A DNA stretch of 64,000 nt from Candidatus Izemoplasmatales bacterium (lineage in GTDB: Bacteria; Bacillota_I; Bacilli_A; Izemoplasmatales; Hujiaoplasmataceae). The stretch covers positions 896,001-960,000 of the forward strand of contig JBMNEZ010000001.1 in the NCBI GenBank assembly GCA_050949045.1, read 5' to 3'. The notes below the pieces were generated by a model. It was not told the origin of the DNA, searched no databases, and saw only the letters and a program-made list of their open reading frames with translations. A program made the position numbers and the translations under genes. Every line of letters begins with the position of its first letter. The first letter of the stretch is position 1. Below, in pieces: positions 10,291 to 20,521 of this stretch.

Positions 10291-11700
10291 TCAACCGATC
10301 GCTCCCGTCATTTCAAACTTGATCAGTTGATTAAGCTCGACCGCATATTCCATCGGCAATTCCCGGGAAAATGGCTCAATGAAGCCCATCACGATCATTT
10401 CTGTGGCTTCCTGTTCACTCAATCCCCTCGACATGAGATAGAAGAGTTGTTCTTCGCTGACTTTGGAAACAATCGCCTCGTGCTCGATCTGCCCTTTGAA
10501 GTTCTTGACAATGTTGATGGGCAGGGTGTCGGAGGAAGACAAGGCGTCGATCAGAATCGTATCGCATTGGATCTTGCTTTTCGCTCCGAAAGCTTTCGGG
10601 CCTTGGCTCACTAGTCCACGATAGTTGACTTTGCCGCCTTTGGCGGCGATCGATTTCGAAATGATCGTCGAAGCGGTGTTTTTGCCGATATGGATCATCT
10701 TCGCACCGCTGTCCTGATGCTGGGACTTGCCGGCGAAGGCGATCGAGATCGTCGTCCCCTTCGCCGATTCGCCCTGAAGGATGCAGGAGGGATACTTCAT
10801 ATTCAATCCGGAGCCGATGTTACCATCGATCCATTCCATATGACCATAATCGCCGACGACGGCCCGCTTGGTCACGAGATTGACGATGTTGTTCGACCAA
10901 TTCTGGACGGTTGAATAGCGACAATAGGCATTGTCCTTGACAAAGATTTCAACGACAGCCGCATGCAAAGAATCGCGGGAATAAATCGGCGCGGTACAAC
11001 CTTCGACATAGTTGAGCGATGCCTCTGAATCGACGATGATGAGCGTCCTTTCAAACTGCCCCATTCTTTCGGTGTTGATCCGGAAATATGATTGGAGCGG
11101 CTTTTCGATCTTCACTCCCTTTGGCACGTAGATGAACGAGCCACCGCTCCAGACAGCGGTATTGAGAGCTGCGTATTTGTTGTCAAGATAGCTGACGCTT
11201 TTGGTGAAATAGGTCCTGAAGAGCTCGGGATACTGCTTGAGGGCGCTGTCGGTATCGAGAAAGATGACCCCGAGTTCGTTGAGTTCGGCGATCGTGTTGT
11301 GATAGACGGCCTCGGAGTCGAACTGAGAAGTCAGACCGCTCAGATACTTTTGTTCGGCTTCCGGAATCCCCAGTTTCTGAAACGTTTCCTTGATCGCTTC
11401 GGGAACGTCCTCCCATGAAGACTCAACCTGATCGCTCGCCTTAACATAGTAGACATAATCGTCAAAATTGATGAACGAGAGATCAGGTCCCCAGGAGGGA
11501 TTAGCCATCTTGACGAAAGCCCGGAAGGCTTCAACGCGAATCTCGGTCATCCACTCTGGTTCTTGCTTGTACAATGATATTTGCCTGACGATCGCTTCGG
11601 AGATTCCCCTTGATGTTTCAAATACGCTTTCCTGATCGGTCTTGAAACCGTATTTATAGTCGGAAACAATAGTACTGGGGTCTTTTTTCACCTTACTCAT
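10291..11700 (-). CDS. sufB: Fe-S cluster assembly protein SufB
   Basis: [33 protein letters not shown]. Confidence 0.97.
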   Translation of the reverse strand: MSKVKKDPSTIVSDYKYGFKTDQESVFETSRGISEAIVRQISLYKQEPEWMTEIRVEAFRAFVKMANPSWGPDLSFINFDDYVYYVKASDQVESSWEDVPEAIKETFQKLGIPEAEQKYLSGLTSQFDSEAVYHNTIAELNELGVIFLDTDSALKQYPELFRTYFTKSVSYLDNKYAALNTAVWSGGSFIYVPKGVKIEKPLQSYFRINTERMGQFERTLIIVDSEASLNYVEGCTAPIYSRDSLHAAVVEIFVKDNAYCRYSTVQNWSNNIVNLVTKRAVVGDYGHMEWIDGNIGSGLNMKYPSCILQGESAKGTTISIAFAGKSQHQDSGAKMIHIGKNTASTIISKSIAAKGGKVNYRGLVSQGPKAFGAKSKIQCDTILIDALSSSDTLPINIVKNFKGQIEHEAIVSKVSEEQLFYLMSRGLSEQEATEMIVMGFIEPFSRELPMEYAVELNQLIKFEMTGAIG

Positions 11701-12133
11701 CGCCTTCGCCCCTCATAAGCGTCTCTAAAAAGGCGAGCCAAGCGATCGTCGCGCATTTGGTCCTGGCCGGAAACATCCTAACCCCTCGGAAAGCTTCCGC
11801 CTCCTCCAAATCGATTGACTCGTCGTAAGCTTCGTTCTTGACCATCGCAATGAAAGTCTCCGCCGTTTTCTTCGCTTCGTCGACATTTTTTCCGATCATC
11901 ATCTCCGTCATAATCGAAGCCGAAGCACAACAGATGCTGCAGCCGAAACCGTCCTGCCGACAATCAGCGACGACATCATTTTGAACCTTGGTCTGGACGG
12001 TGACATCATCGCCGCAACTTGGATTCTTGTAGCGGTATTTTCGATATGCAGGATCGTCAAAAAGCCCCTTGTTCCGGGGATATTTGAAATGTTCCATGAT
12101 GATTTCGCGATAGAGATTGTCAAGTTGTGTCAT
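11693..12133 (-). CDS. sufU: SUF system sulfur acceptor SufU
   Basis: [24 protein letters not shown]. Confidence 0.93.
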   Translation of the reverse strand: MTQLDNLYREIIMEHFKYPRNKGLFDDPAYRKYRYKNPSCGDDVTVQTKVQNDVVADCRQDGFGCSICCASASIMTEMMIGKNVDEAKKTAETFIAMVKNEAYDESIDLEEAEAFRGVRMFPARTKCATIAWLAFLETLMRGEGDE

Positions 12134-12141
12134 GGCGTCAC

Positions 12142-13344
12142 CTAAAATCCGAGATTATGAAAAAAATTGACTGCCGACTTGGTAACCTCGACAAAGCGGT
12201 CGATGTCCTCGTAGTCAGTGTAGATATGGAACGAAGCCCTCAAGCTGGAATCGACGCCAAGAAAGGCGTTAACCAGTTGGGCGCAATGATGGCCGGAGCG
12301 GATCAAGACTCCCGCTTCGGCATAATACGAGACGGCGTCATGCGAAGGAACACCCTCAAGATTGAAGGTGATGATGCCTTTGTCCGCTCCGGGATTATAG
12401 AGCTTAACACCTTTGATCGACTGCAGTTTTTCCCAAGCATATCGGTAGAGATCCTTCAAATGTCGGTCAATTAGTTCCAGACCTATCCCATTCAGATAAT
12501 CGAGCGCTGCTTTGAGCCCGATCGCGCCAGCGATCGGCATCGTCCCGGCTTCGAAACGGTAAGGAGCATCTTTCCAAGCTGCATCGTCGATGGTCACAAA
12601 GTCATTCATGTCACCGCCAAATTCGATCGGGTCCAATTCTTTTAACAGTTCTTTTTTGCCATAGAGAACCCCAATGCCGGTTGGAGCGAGCATCTTGTGT
12701 CCGGAGAAGGCAACGAAATCGGCACCGAGTTTCCTGACATCGATTTTTTCCGAATAGACCGACTGGGCACAGTCGATCACCGAAATAGCATTAACTTGGC
12801 GGGCAAGACCGATGATTTCCGCAATCGGGGTCAGATAGCCCATGACATTGGAGACATGGGTCAGGGCGACAACTTTCGTATGGTTGTTGAGAACGCTTTT
12901 AAAACCTTCGACGGTTATTCTGCCGGTCTTTGAAAGCGGAAGATACCTGAGGGTGGCGCCGGTTTTTCTGGCGACTTCACGCCAGGGAAGGAGCGAAGAA
13001 TGATGTTCGAGCTCACTGGTGATGATCTCATCCCCGGGCTTCAACTTCTTGATACCATAGGCCAAGGCGACAAAATTCAGCGAAGCGGTCGCCCCTCTTG
13101 TGAAGATGATCTCTTCATCCTTGGCATTAAGAAAACTGGCAACCGCGGCGCGTGCGCCTTCGTACAAATCGGTTGCCTCGATCGATTCGGCATACATGCT
13201 GCGGTGGACATTGGCGCTCAGTTCGCGGTAATAATGGTCGACGGCATCGATCACACTCTTTGGCTTGTAACTCGTTGCGGCCGAATCGAGGTAGGTTCTT
13301 CCAATTTTTATTTGGGGGAAATCGACGCGCCATCTGTTGGTCAT
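12142..13344 (-). CDS. sufS: cysteine desulfurase SufS
   Basis: YLDSAAT, SGHKMLAPTG, RFEAGT, RSGHHCA. Confidence 0.95.
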   Translation of the reverse strand: MTNRWRVDFPQIKIGRTYLDSAATSYKPKSVIDAVDHYYRELSANVHRSMYAESIEATDLYEGARAAVASFLNAKDEEIIFTRGATASLNFVALAYGIKKLKPGDEIITSELEHHSSLLPWREVARKTGATLRYLPLSKTGRITVEGFKSVLNNHTKVVALTHVSNVMGYLTPIAEIIGLARQVNAISVIDCAQSVYSEKIDVRKLGADFVAFSGHKMLAPTGIGVLYGKKELLKELDPIEFGGDMNDFVTIDDAAWKDAPYRFEAGTMPIAGAIGLKAALDYLNGIGLELIDRHLKDLYRYAWEKLQSIKGVKLYNPGADKGIITFNLEGVPSHDAVSYYAEAGVLIRSGHHCAQLVNAFLGVDSSLRASFHIYTDYEDIDRFVEVTKSAVNFFHNLGF

Positions 13345-14255
13345 ACGATACCCGCTCCTTTGATTTTGGCTTCGATCAGAGAGTTGATGTATTCTCCATA
13401 TTCGGCGTCGCCGACAGCTTCGATAAAGGGAACAATATAGCCCGAAAGGATCAGTTTCTTCGCCTCTAGTTCCGAAAGGCCTCGGCTCTGGAGATAGAAC
13501 ATCTCGTCTTCGCTGATTTGGCCGATGGCGGCGCCATGCGCCGCGAACACATCGTATTCATCGATGAACAGGTAAGGATCGGCCTCGATTTCGGCTTGTT
13601 CACAAAAAATGAGCCCGCGATTGCTTTGGTTGCAGGCAGAACCTTTCTTACCTTTTTCGATGACGCCGCTGACTTGGTATTTTAACTTCGCACCCGCAGC
13701 GGCGATCAGATAGTTATCCAGTTTTGAAACCGTTGCCTGCGCCTGATGATAAACCATTTGGTTGCGTTTTGCCCGATCGGCGCCGCTGGCGACATGGAGT
13801 GTGCGGTGGTACAGTTTCGCCCCTTCGCCGACGAGATGGTAGTGATCGGATAATTCCAAAATGCCATCGTGGACGATGCAGTCGTCGATTCTAAGCGACG
13901 CCTGCGCTCCGACTGTCGCCTTCAAAGCAACTCGTCCCATCGTCTTGGAAGCATGGAAGAACATCTGTGCCATATTGACTGTGGCTTTCGGCATCAGGGA
14001 AAACTCGATTTCGCAATCGCTTGTCTGCTCACCAACAAAGATGAGCCTGATCATGCTATAACTGCCTTGATCAAAAGTAATCTTCAAGGTAGAGGCGTCC
14101 TTTACAGCCTTGATGATGATGTTTGCCGGTTTCTTCGAAGTTCCGGTAAAGACGAAACTTTCGCCATCGTGAACGGCGTGAGTATTGTTAACGACATTTT
14201 TGCCCGCAACCGTGAGCGTTCCTCGATCGTCTTTCAAAAATACGGGGATACTCAT
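13341..14255 (-). CDS. sufD: Fe-S cluster assembly protein SufD
   Basis: P.L.IDEYDV.AAHGAAIGQI....MFYLQSRGL; operon position. Confidence 0.9.
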   Translation of the reverse strand: MSIPVFLKDDRGTLTVAGKNVVNNTHAVHDGESFVFTGTSKKPANIIIKAVKDASTLKITFDQGSYSMIRLIFVGEQTSDCEIEFSLMPKATVNMAQMFFHASKTMGRVALKATVGAQASLRIDDCIVHDGILELSDHYHLVGEGAKLYHRTLHVASGADRAKRNQMVYHQAQATVSKLDNYLIAAAGAKLKYQVSGVIEKGKKGSACNQSNRGLIFCEQAEIEADPYLFIDEYDVFAAHGAAIGQISEDEMFYLQSRGLSELEAKKLILSGYIVPFIEAVGDAEYGEYINSLIEAKIKGAGIV

Positions 14256-15082
14256 AGTTTGTCACCGGGGCTCTTTATTTTCCTGGCACAGCTTTCAAGC
14301 GAATATTGGATTTTTTCTTCCTCAAACTCATCGATTCCCAGTTCGTTTCGGAGCCAATCATAGCCTTCCTTGTCGATTCTCCTGATCAGTTCTTCCCCGC
14401 CGGTCTTGACGATCGAACCCTTGATCATGATATGGACATGATCGGGGATGATGTAGTCGAGCAATCTTTGATAGTGGGTGATCAACACCAGTCCGAGTTC
14501 CGGCGATTTCATCTTCGTAACGCTTTCGCCGACCAATTTGAGCGCATCGATGTCGAGCCCAGAATCAATTTCATCCAAAAAGGCGATCTTCGGCTTGATC
14601 AATGACATCTGCAAGATCTCGTTCCGCTTCTTCTCGCCCCCGGAAAACCCCTGGTTCAAATACCTGTGGGACAGGCCTTTACCCATCGCAAGCGCTTTGG
14701 CCTCCTCTTCGAATTGGAGGATGAATTTGCCGATTTTGAGGTGTTCGCCCTCAGGTAGGCGGGCGGAAACGGCTGTCCTCACAAAATCGAAGTTGGTGAC
14801 TCCGGGAACCTCAACAGGATTTTGCATGGCCAAAAACAAGCCTCTGCGGCTGCGTTCGTCGACCGACAGACCGAGAATGCTCTCGTTGTCAAGGAGAATG
14901 TCTCCTGATTCGATCTTGTATTTCGGATGACCCATGACGATCGCCGCAAGTGTTGACTTGCCGGTGCCGTTTGGCCCCATGATCGCGTGCGTCTCTCCGC
15001 CCTTGACTTTCAAGTTAACGCCGCTCAATATCAATTGTCCCTCGGCTGAAACCACCAAATTGACTATTTCGAGAACCGCCAT
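14252..15082 (-). CDS. sufC: Fe-S cluster assembly ATPase SufC
   Basis: GPNGTGKST, GFSGGEKKRNE, DEIDSGLDIDAL, ITHYQRLL. Confidence 0.97.
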   Translation of the reverse strand: MAVLEIVNLVVSAEGQLILSGVNLKVKGGETHAIMGPNGTGKSTLAAIVMGHPKYKIESGDILLDNESILGLSVDERSRRGLFLAMQNPVEVPGVTNFDFVRTAVSARLPEGEHLKIGKFILQFEEEAKALAMGKGLSHRYLNQGFSGGEKKRNEILQMSLIKPKIAFLDEIDSGLDIDALKLVGESVTKMKSPELGLVLITHYQRLLDYIIPDHVHIMIKGSIVKTGGEELIRRIDKEGYDWLRNELGIDEFEEEKIQYSLESCARKIKSPGDKL

Positions 15083-15162
15083 TTGCCCGTACCCCCAAAT
15101 ATCACATCCATTTTACCGCATTTGCGGGCAATATGCAAAAAATATTGCTGTTTAATTTTGCC

Positions 15163-15189
15163 AAAAAAAAGGAGCGAAGGCTCCTTTTA
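15163..15189. terminator. bidirectional terminator-like hairpin at the end of the MgtC gene
   Basis: AAAAAAAAGGAGC-GAAG-GCTCCTTTT. Confidence 0.7.
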
Positions 15190-15729
15190 CTTTTCGACAA
15201 TTTCCGAACCGATGATCTCCGGGCTTTTTGTATGCCTGATCGTGGTGAGATCCAACAGTTTCCGAAAGCCTGTCAAGAAGATCAACGAAAACAGGCTCAA
15301 GACGATCCCTAAAACATAGAAACCGATGCCGAAACAGATTCCGATCATCGCCGCCAGAAACAGCGTCGCTGCCGTCGTCAGGCCGTAGATACCGCTTGAA
15401 GTCTTGAGGATCGTACCCGCACCGAGAAAACCAACGCCGGTAACGACCTGGGCGATGATACGCTGACGCTCAAGATTGACGGCAATCCCCTGAGCCGCGA
15501 GCTGCGGTCCAAGGCTGAGGGCTTGGAGATAGAGGGCGTCTTGAAGGATAGCCATGGCGCAAGCCGCAAAAGCGACCATCAAATGGGTGGTCACGCCGGC
15601 TATCTTGTGGCGGATCTGCCTTTCGATGCCGATGATACCGACGAAGGCGGTGGTGAGACCCATTCGGAGAATGATCTCGCCGACTCCGGGACCGGTCTCA
15701 AGGAAATTTTTAAATACGGATAAAACCAT
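15187..15729 (-). CDS. MgtC/SapB family membrane protein
   Basis: IGIERQ...AGVTTH, RIIAQVVTGVGFLGAG, GLTTAA. Confidence 0.9.
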   Translation of the reverse strand: MVLSVFKNFLETGPGVGEIILRMGLTTAFVGIIGIERQIRHKIAGVTTHLMVAFAACAMAILQDALYLQALSLGPQLAAQGIAVNLERQRIIAQVVTGVGFLGAGTILKTSSGIYGLTTAATLFLAAMIGICFGIGFYVLGIVLSLFSLIFLTGFRKLLDLTTIRHTKSPEIIGSEIVEK

Positions 15730-15855
15730 GGATGATCACCTGATTTCTGTATTTATCCATCATTTAGGAAAGCGTTTACTTTGTGAATAATTATTATAGC
15801 AGAATCAAAACGCAATTTCAACCAAGATCAATAATAAAAAATCCCAAACGCAAAC

Positions 15856-16746
15856 TCAGTTGCGATCGGGATTGACATGGACCATGCAATGCTTGATGTC
15901 CGGCACTTTGGCTTCGACAAGGTCGTGGACGCGGTGAGCGATGGCATGGGCTTGCGCAAGCGACAGATTGCGATCCACCGCAATCTCGATATCGACAAAA
16001 ATTTTCATGCCGAACTGTCGGGTCTTGAGGTCATCGATCCGGATGACGCCGGGATCGGAGTTGACGGTCTCCTCGATCAGTTTTACCACTTCCCTACCGG
16101 CGGCCTCGTCGACAACCTGGCTGAAGCCGCTCTTGATGATCCGAAACGCCAACCTGATGATAAAGGCGCAAATGATGAGCGCGGCGAGCGGCTCGAGATA
16201 GACAAGTCCGAGGAGCGAGCCGCCGATACCGATCAAGGCACCAGAGGTCGCCAACACATCCGAGCGGTTGTCGAGAGCGATCGCCTCCAAGGCGCCGGAA
16301 CGCGCTTTCTTGGCGTTTCTTCTCGTAAGATGGTACATCGTTTCCTTGATCGCAATGGTTGCGATGGCGACGACTAAGGCTACCGGTTTGACCGGGACAA
16401 TGTCCTTTCCAAAGGTAAAAAACTCATATAGCTTCACCACAGAAAGCTTGGCGATCTCAAAAACGGTGATGATCAGAGCCATCCCGATGAAGACAGAGAT
16501 CATCGACTCGAACTTCTCGTGCCCGTAGGGATGTTTCTTGTCCTCCTTCTTGCGGGACAGGACGCCAAAGATCAGTACAACAATATTGGTCAAAACATCG
16601 CTGATCGAGTTGACGGCGTCGGTGATCATCGCCGTTGATTTTCCGAAGATGCCGGCGATGATTTTTAACACTGCCAGGATCCCGTTCATAATAATCGTGC
16701 CAAGAGTCGTTCTGACGATGATCTTTTTTTCATTATCGAGGGTCAT
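15856..16746 (-). CDS. cation diffusion facilitator transporter (FieF-like)
   Basis: DAVNSISD, HPYGHEKFE, C-terminal HCMVHVNP; six TM segments. Confidence 0.9.
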   Translation of the reverse strand: MTLDNEKKIIVRTTLGTIIMNGILAVLKIIAGIFGKSTAMITDAVNSISDVLTNIVVLIFGVLSRKKEDKKHPYGHEKFESMISVFIGMALIITVFEIAKLSVVKLYEFFTFGKDIVPVKPVALVVAIATIAIKETMYHLTRRNAKKARSGALEAIALDNRSDVLATSGALIGIGGSLLGLVYLEPLAALIICAFIIRLAFRIIKSGFSQVVDEAAGREVVKLIEETVNSDPGVIRIDDLKTRQFGMKIFVDIEIAVDRNLSLAQAHAIAHRVHDLVEAKVPDIKHCMVHVNPDRN

Positions 16747-16806
16747 CTGCGCCTCCAAAAGGCAACGTGCGGCAAATCCCGCACGTCGTCATTGTTTATT
16801 TGTGTT

Positions 16807-19428
16807 TTAACTTGGATCGTAACCGGGAAAGACCTGTTCGAAATAGATATCGTGAAGCGCTGAAAGCGCCTCTTGCATGCTTTCTAAATCGATATCTCCG
16901 TAGTAGTGGTTTTGATCGACGATCTCGCCCTCGGAAAGGATGGAGATAATCTTCGTATTGAGTGTCCCCATGACATACACGCTGTCATGAAGGTCTTTGA
17001 AGAAGGTTGCGAGCGCAGTCTTGACCGTGGTTGGGATTTTGGGCATGGTGACATCCATTGCTTCCATCATTGCGGTATCGGTGCCGAAGAGCATTTCAAA
17101 CAAGCGATACTGGGCATAAACTTTAAGTTGCGCCAAACTCAATCGTTCATCGGAATTGACCATATCGGGATCATACTCGGGATTTTGCTCGTCATCGTAG
17201 ATCATCGTGAAAGCGGCGGAGGGCTGGGTAAAATTCGTACCCTTGGTCACATTCAGAAGATGGAGCCCGAAGACGGTTTCGACAAAGGTTTCATGAAGAT
17301 ACTCAGTCTTGGTGATATTCGTTTCAAGTCTGTAGGCCTCATATGCTTCCTTCATGCCTTCAACGAAAGCCGAGACATAAACATTATTGGACTTGGCGTA
17401 TGTGAGTGAGCCGCTGGAAGAGAGGTTTTCCTGCATCAGGTAGAAACCGTAGTTTTTGAACTCGCCCCAAACGGGATCAGTGCGCTTGGCGCGGTTATAG
17501 GCTGTGATCAGCGTTTGGAAAGTATTTTCGTCTGATTCATTCAAATATAAAAGAATGGCTTCTTCAAAAGCGGTGATGAGATCGGCATATCTTTCCTGAT
17601 CCGCTTCGCCTTCCACAAACTCGTTGTAATCATCGGGGCTCCCATCCTCGTTACGGTCGACATATATTAACAAATGGTTGACGTTCAAGCTGAAATAGTT
17701 GTCGTAGGCTTCATCAACCTTATCTTTCAGATATTCTTCGAGCAGTTTCCAGTCGTTCGCCATGATCTCCTCGTAGATTGCGACCGGCTGTAACGCCAAT
17801 TTCACGTAGTAAGTCTTTAGCAACTCATCTTCAGAAGTGGCTCTGAAACCGAGATAGACATATTCCTCAAAGGTGTAGTATGCGGCATAACTGGATTCAA
17901 GAAACGCCTTTTTCCGTTCCAAGAGATCGGAGCGATGCTTCTCCATCTTCATCGAGGTATTGGTCGCTACATCGTAGTCGCAGACATCATCTCCGTAACA
18001 GTATATGTCAGCGTAATGAGTTTTGATGAGATAAGGCATCTGTGCGGCATAGAGCAGGTTGATCGGAGCGTTCTGCTTCATAGCAAAATCGAAGAAAGCA
18101 TCGGCGGTGATGACCGTGTCGTCATAGGCCGCGAGATTGGTCGCATGCCCGACTTCGTCCGGCTCATACTCCGCGTCAATCCTCTTGTAATCTATTCCCA
18201 GAAAATAGTCAAAGATCTTAAATCCCCGTTCGCGTCTGAGTTCGACGAGCCTTTCGGCTGTGAATGAAGAGTCCGCCAGATTGCTTTTGACGAGGAGGGT
18301 TTCGATTTCCTGGTAGACATCAGCGCCGATCAAGGCTTCGAGCTCCGCTTTCGTGCCGGCAAAATCGGCCAAATCGGCTTTTTCCGGGCGTTTCAAATTG
18401 ATGAACATATAATAAGAAGTGTCTTTCGACGAATAGTATTTGACGGGTTTGTTAGTATAGTAGACGGAAGTAGCGGTGCCGGAAAGATGCTCCTCATAGG
18501 TGCTGAAAACTGAAAACATCTGGGTCGCAAGCGCTGTATTGGCCTTTGCGACGGTACTATATTCGACCACCAGATCGGGATTGGCGCACAATTCGGAAAA
18601 GGAATCCGAGGAATCGAGTTCATTTCGATAGACGCCGTAGACAGCGTTGTACATCTCGATAAACGCCTCAATCAGTTCATCGTCTTCCAACAAAACGGTG
18701 TTTGTGTCGTCGAAACCGCTCGAGGGGATCTCGCTGATGGGCCTGGTGCCGGTGTAGCGATAGAGCAAACCGCCGCTTCTGCCAACAAGATTTAAGCCGC
18801 GCATGACTTCTTTGGCGTCTGTTTCGCTCGTAAACTTGATTTTGATCGATGCAAGCGTCCGGTCATAGTTGTAGGCATAGTATTTCGCAACCGTCTTCGG
18901 GCCAACATGCCATAACTTTTCACTATTGGCATCGCTCTTCATCGCAATGGTGGCGTATTTGTCCTTGGCAATCAATATCTTCAATAACGGTACGTCACCA
19001 TCATGATATCCGGTAAACAACATCGACTGCAAATAATTAGCTTCCATTTCCTCACGCTTGGCAGCGTCGAGTTCGGCGATCTTTTCCGGATCGGTCAACC
19101 CGTAGGTCAGTTGATTCCTCTTATCGGTAATCTCCGTTTCCGTCACCTGGTCAAGATAATCGGCAAGCAGGACGGTGTCGACCATGAACAACAATTGATT
19201 GATGCCGTCGTTGACTTTAAACTCGCGGTAAATATCGCCATAGGTGATCTCGATATCGCCAAAACTGTAGAATACGACATCCGGATGGCTGATGGCGGGG
19301 ATGATCGCGTCGGGTTCGACGATGATATCGGCCGTCGTTGTCGTCTCTTCCTTACAACCTAAAAGAAAAAGGGCAAAGAGGGCAAGGGCGAAAGCGAGAA
19401 CGATTCTTTGATGGGTAAGTAGTTTCAT
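16807..19428 (-). CDS. large lipoprotein with two PrsA/parvulin-like modules
   Basis: Lipobox LLGC then ETTTT; PrsA-like ITYGDIYREFK..DGINQLLFMVD; parvulin-like VNHLLI ... FVETVFGLHLLNV; paralogue of 42110..45463. Confidence 0.6.
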   Translation of the reverse strand: MKLLTHQRIVLAFALALFALFLLGCKEETTTTADIIVEPDAIIPAISHPDVVFYSFGDIEITYGDIYREFKVNDGINQLLFMVDTVLLADYLDQVTETEITDKRNQLTYGLTDPEKIAELDAAKREEMEANYLQSMLFTGYHDGDVPLLKILIAKDKYATIAMKSDANSEKLWHVGPKTVAKYYAYNYDRTLASIKIKFTSETDAKEVMRGLNLVGRSGGLLYRYTGTRPISEIPSSGFDDTNTVLLEDDELIEAFIEMYNAVYGVYRNELDSSDSFSELCANPDLVVEYSTVAKANTALATQMFSVFSTYEEHLSGTATSVYYTNKPVKYYSSKDTSYYMFINLKRPEKADLADFAGTKAELEALIGADVYQEIETLLVKSNLADSSFTAERLVELRRERGFKIFDYFLGIDYKRIDAEYEPDEVGHATNLAAYDDTVITADAFFDFAMKQNAPINLLYAAQMPYLIKTHYADIYCYGDDVCDYDVATNTSMKMEKHRSDLLERKKAFLESSYAAYYTFEEYVYLGFRATSEDELLKTYYVKLALQPVAIYEEIMANDWKLLEEYLKDKVDEAYDNYFSLNVNHLLIYVDRNEDGSPDDYNEFVEGEADQERYADLITAFEEAILLYLNESDENTFQTLITAYNRAKRTDPVWGEFKNYGFYLMQENLSSSGSLTYAKSNNVYVSAFVEGMKEAYEAYRLETNITKTEYLHETFVETVFGLHLLNVTKGTNFTQPSAAFTMIYDDEQNPEYDPDMVNSDERLSLAQLKVYAQYRLFEMLFGTDTAMMEAMDVTMPKIPTTVKTALATFFKDLHDSVYVMGTLNTKIISILSEGEIVDQNHYYGDIDLESMQEALSALHDIYFEQVFPGYDPS

Positions 19429-19609
19429 GTATAAGTAACATCCTTTCATAACTGCTAAATCATATTATATAACAAAGGTCTTGGGATTTCATCATCTTTT
19501 TTCACCGATTGCATTATATCACGCCTTCGTGAACTCTCCATCAACACATTGTCCACCGACAAGCATCGGCCAACAAAAAAGCCTTCTTTCGATTGAAGGC
19601 TTTCATAAT

Positions 19610-20428
19610 TCAGCGAATGGCGTGGTTGCGTTTCAAGAAGGTCTTCCGAGTCTTCCGAGCCCTGTTCAGGACAAGATGTTCGATCAGGATTTTGATGCCG
19701 AGGAGAATGAAAGCGCAAAGGCTGAAGCCGAAGAAATAAAGGAGTAAAAACATCTGGTGGGATACAATCGGCTGGAAGAGCGACAGTATGGGGATCGCGT
19801 TCTCGAAAAGGGGATTGATGAAGAACATGTTGAAGACGCCGTCGTGAATGTAGCGGTTGAACAGTTCGTTCATTGCCATGGCCATCAGCATCAGCACGGC
19901 GAAAACGGCTCCGGCCCTGATGATCGATTGCGGCTGAGACTTGACTTTTGCAGCAAGCAGACCGACGCCGATCACGGCCATGCTACCGTGATGGATCATC
20001 GTTTGGATGTTGATGCCGATCGTCTCTACAAAAACCGTGCTCGGATAGAACATGACCGCAGTTCCGGAAAAAAGGCCGTAGGTTCCGAGAAAGGCAACCA
20101 GGCTCTCCCGAAAACGACTGTTCTTAGTAATCCCCGCCACCAGTCCGACATACATCGGTGTCGAACAAAACTGGAAAGGGAATGCATACCACTGGTAATC
20201 CCAGTTTGCCTGATAGGAAAAAATCAGTTGTTTGTAAACTTCAAACAAAAGCAAAACAACAGAAAAAACGATCAACACGATTCTGAGGTTTTGTTCGCTG
20301 ATATTTTTAAATTTGACGGCGGCGATGACGGCACCGATGATGACGATGGCTAATGACAACAAGTGGAACCACCCATAAAGCGTGGGTTTCTCCATCTGCC
20401 CGTTGAGGAATTCGAGGATTTCGACCAT
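19610..20428 (-). CDS. YwaF/TMEM164-like integral membrane protein
   Basis: YGWFH, EVYKQ, FPFQFCS, HH, NMFFI; about 7 TM. Confidence 0.7.
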   Translation of the reverse strand: MVEILEFLNGQMEKPTLYGWFHLLSLAIVIIGAVIAAVKFKNISEQNLRIVLIVFSVVLLLFEVYKQLIFSYQANWDYQWYAFPFQFCSTPMYVGLVAGITKNSRFRESLVAFLGTYGLFSGTAVMFYPSTVFVETIGINIQTMIHHGSMAVIGVGLLAAKVKSQPQSIIRAGAVFAVLMLMAMAMNELFNRYIHDGVFNMFFINPLFENAIPILSLFQPIVSHQMFLLLYFFGFSLCAFILLGIKILIEHLVLNRARKTRKTFLKRNHAIR

Positions 20429-20521
20429 GGCAATTCTTCTTTCATAATAATCTTGACAAGTATTATACCATTTTAAAAATGTAAAAAAAAGATGGCAAAG
20501 CCATTTGCCATCCATTTTTTG

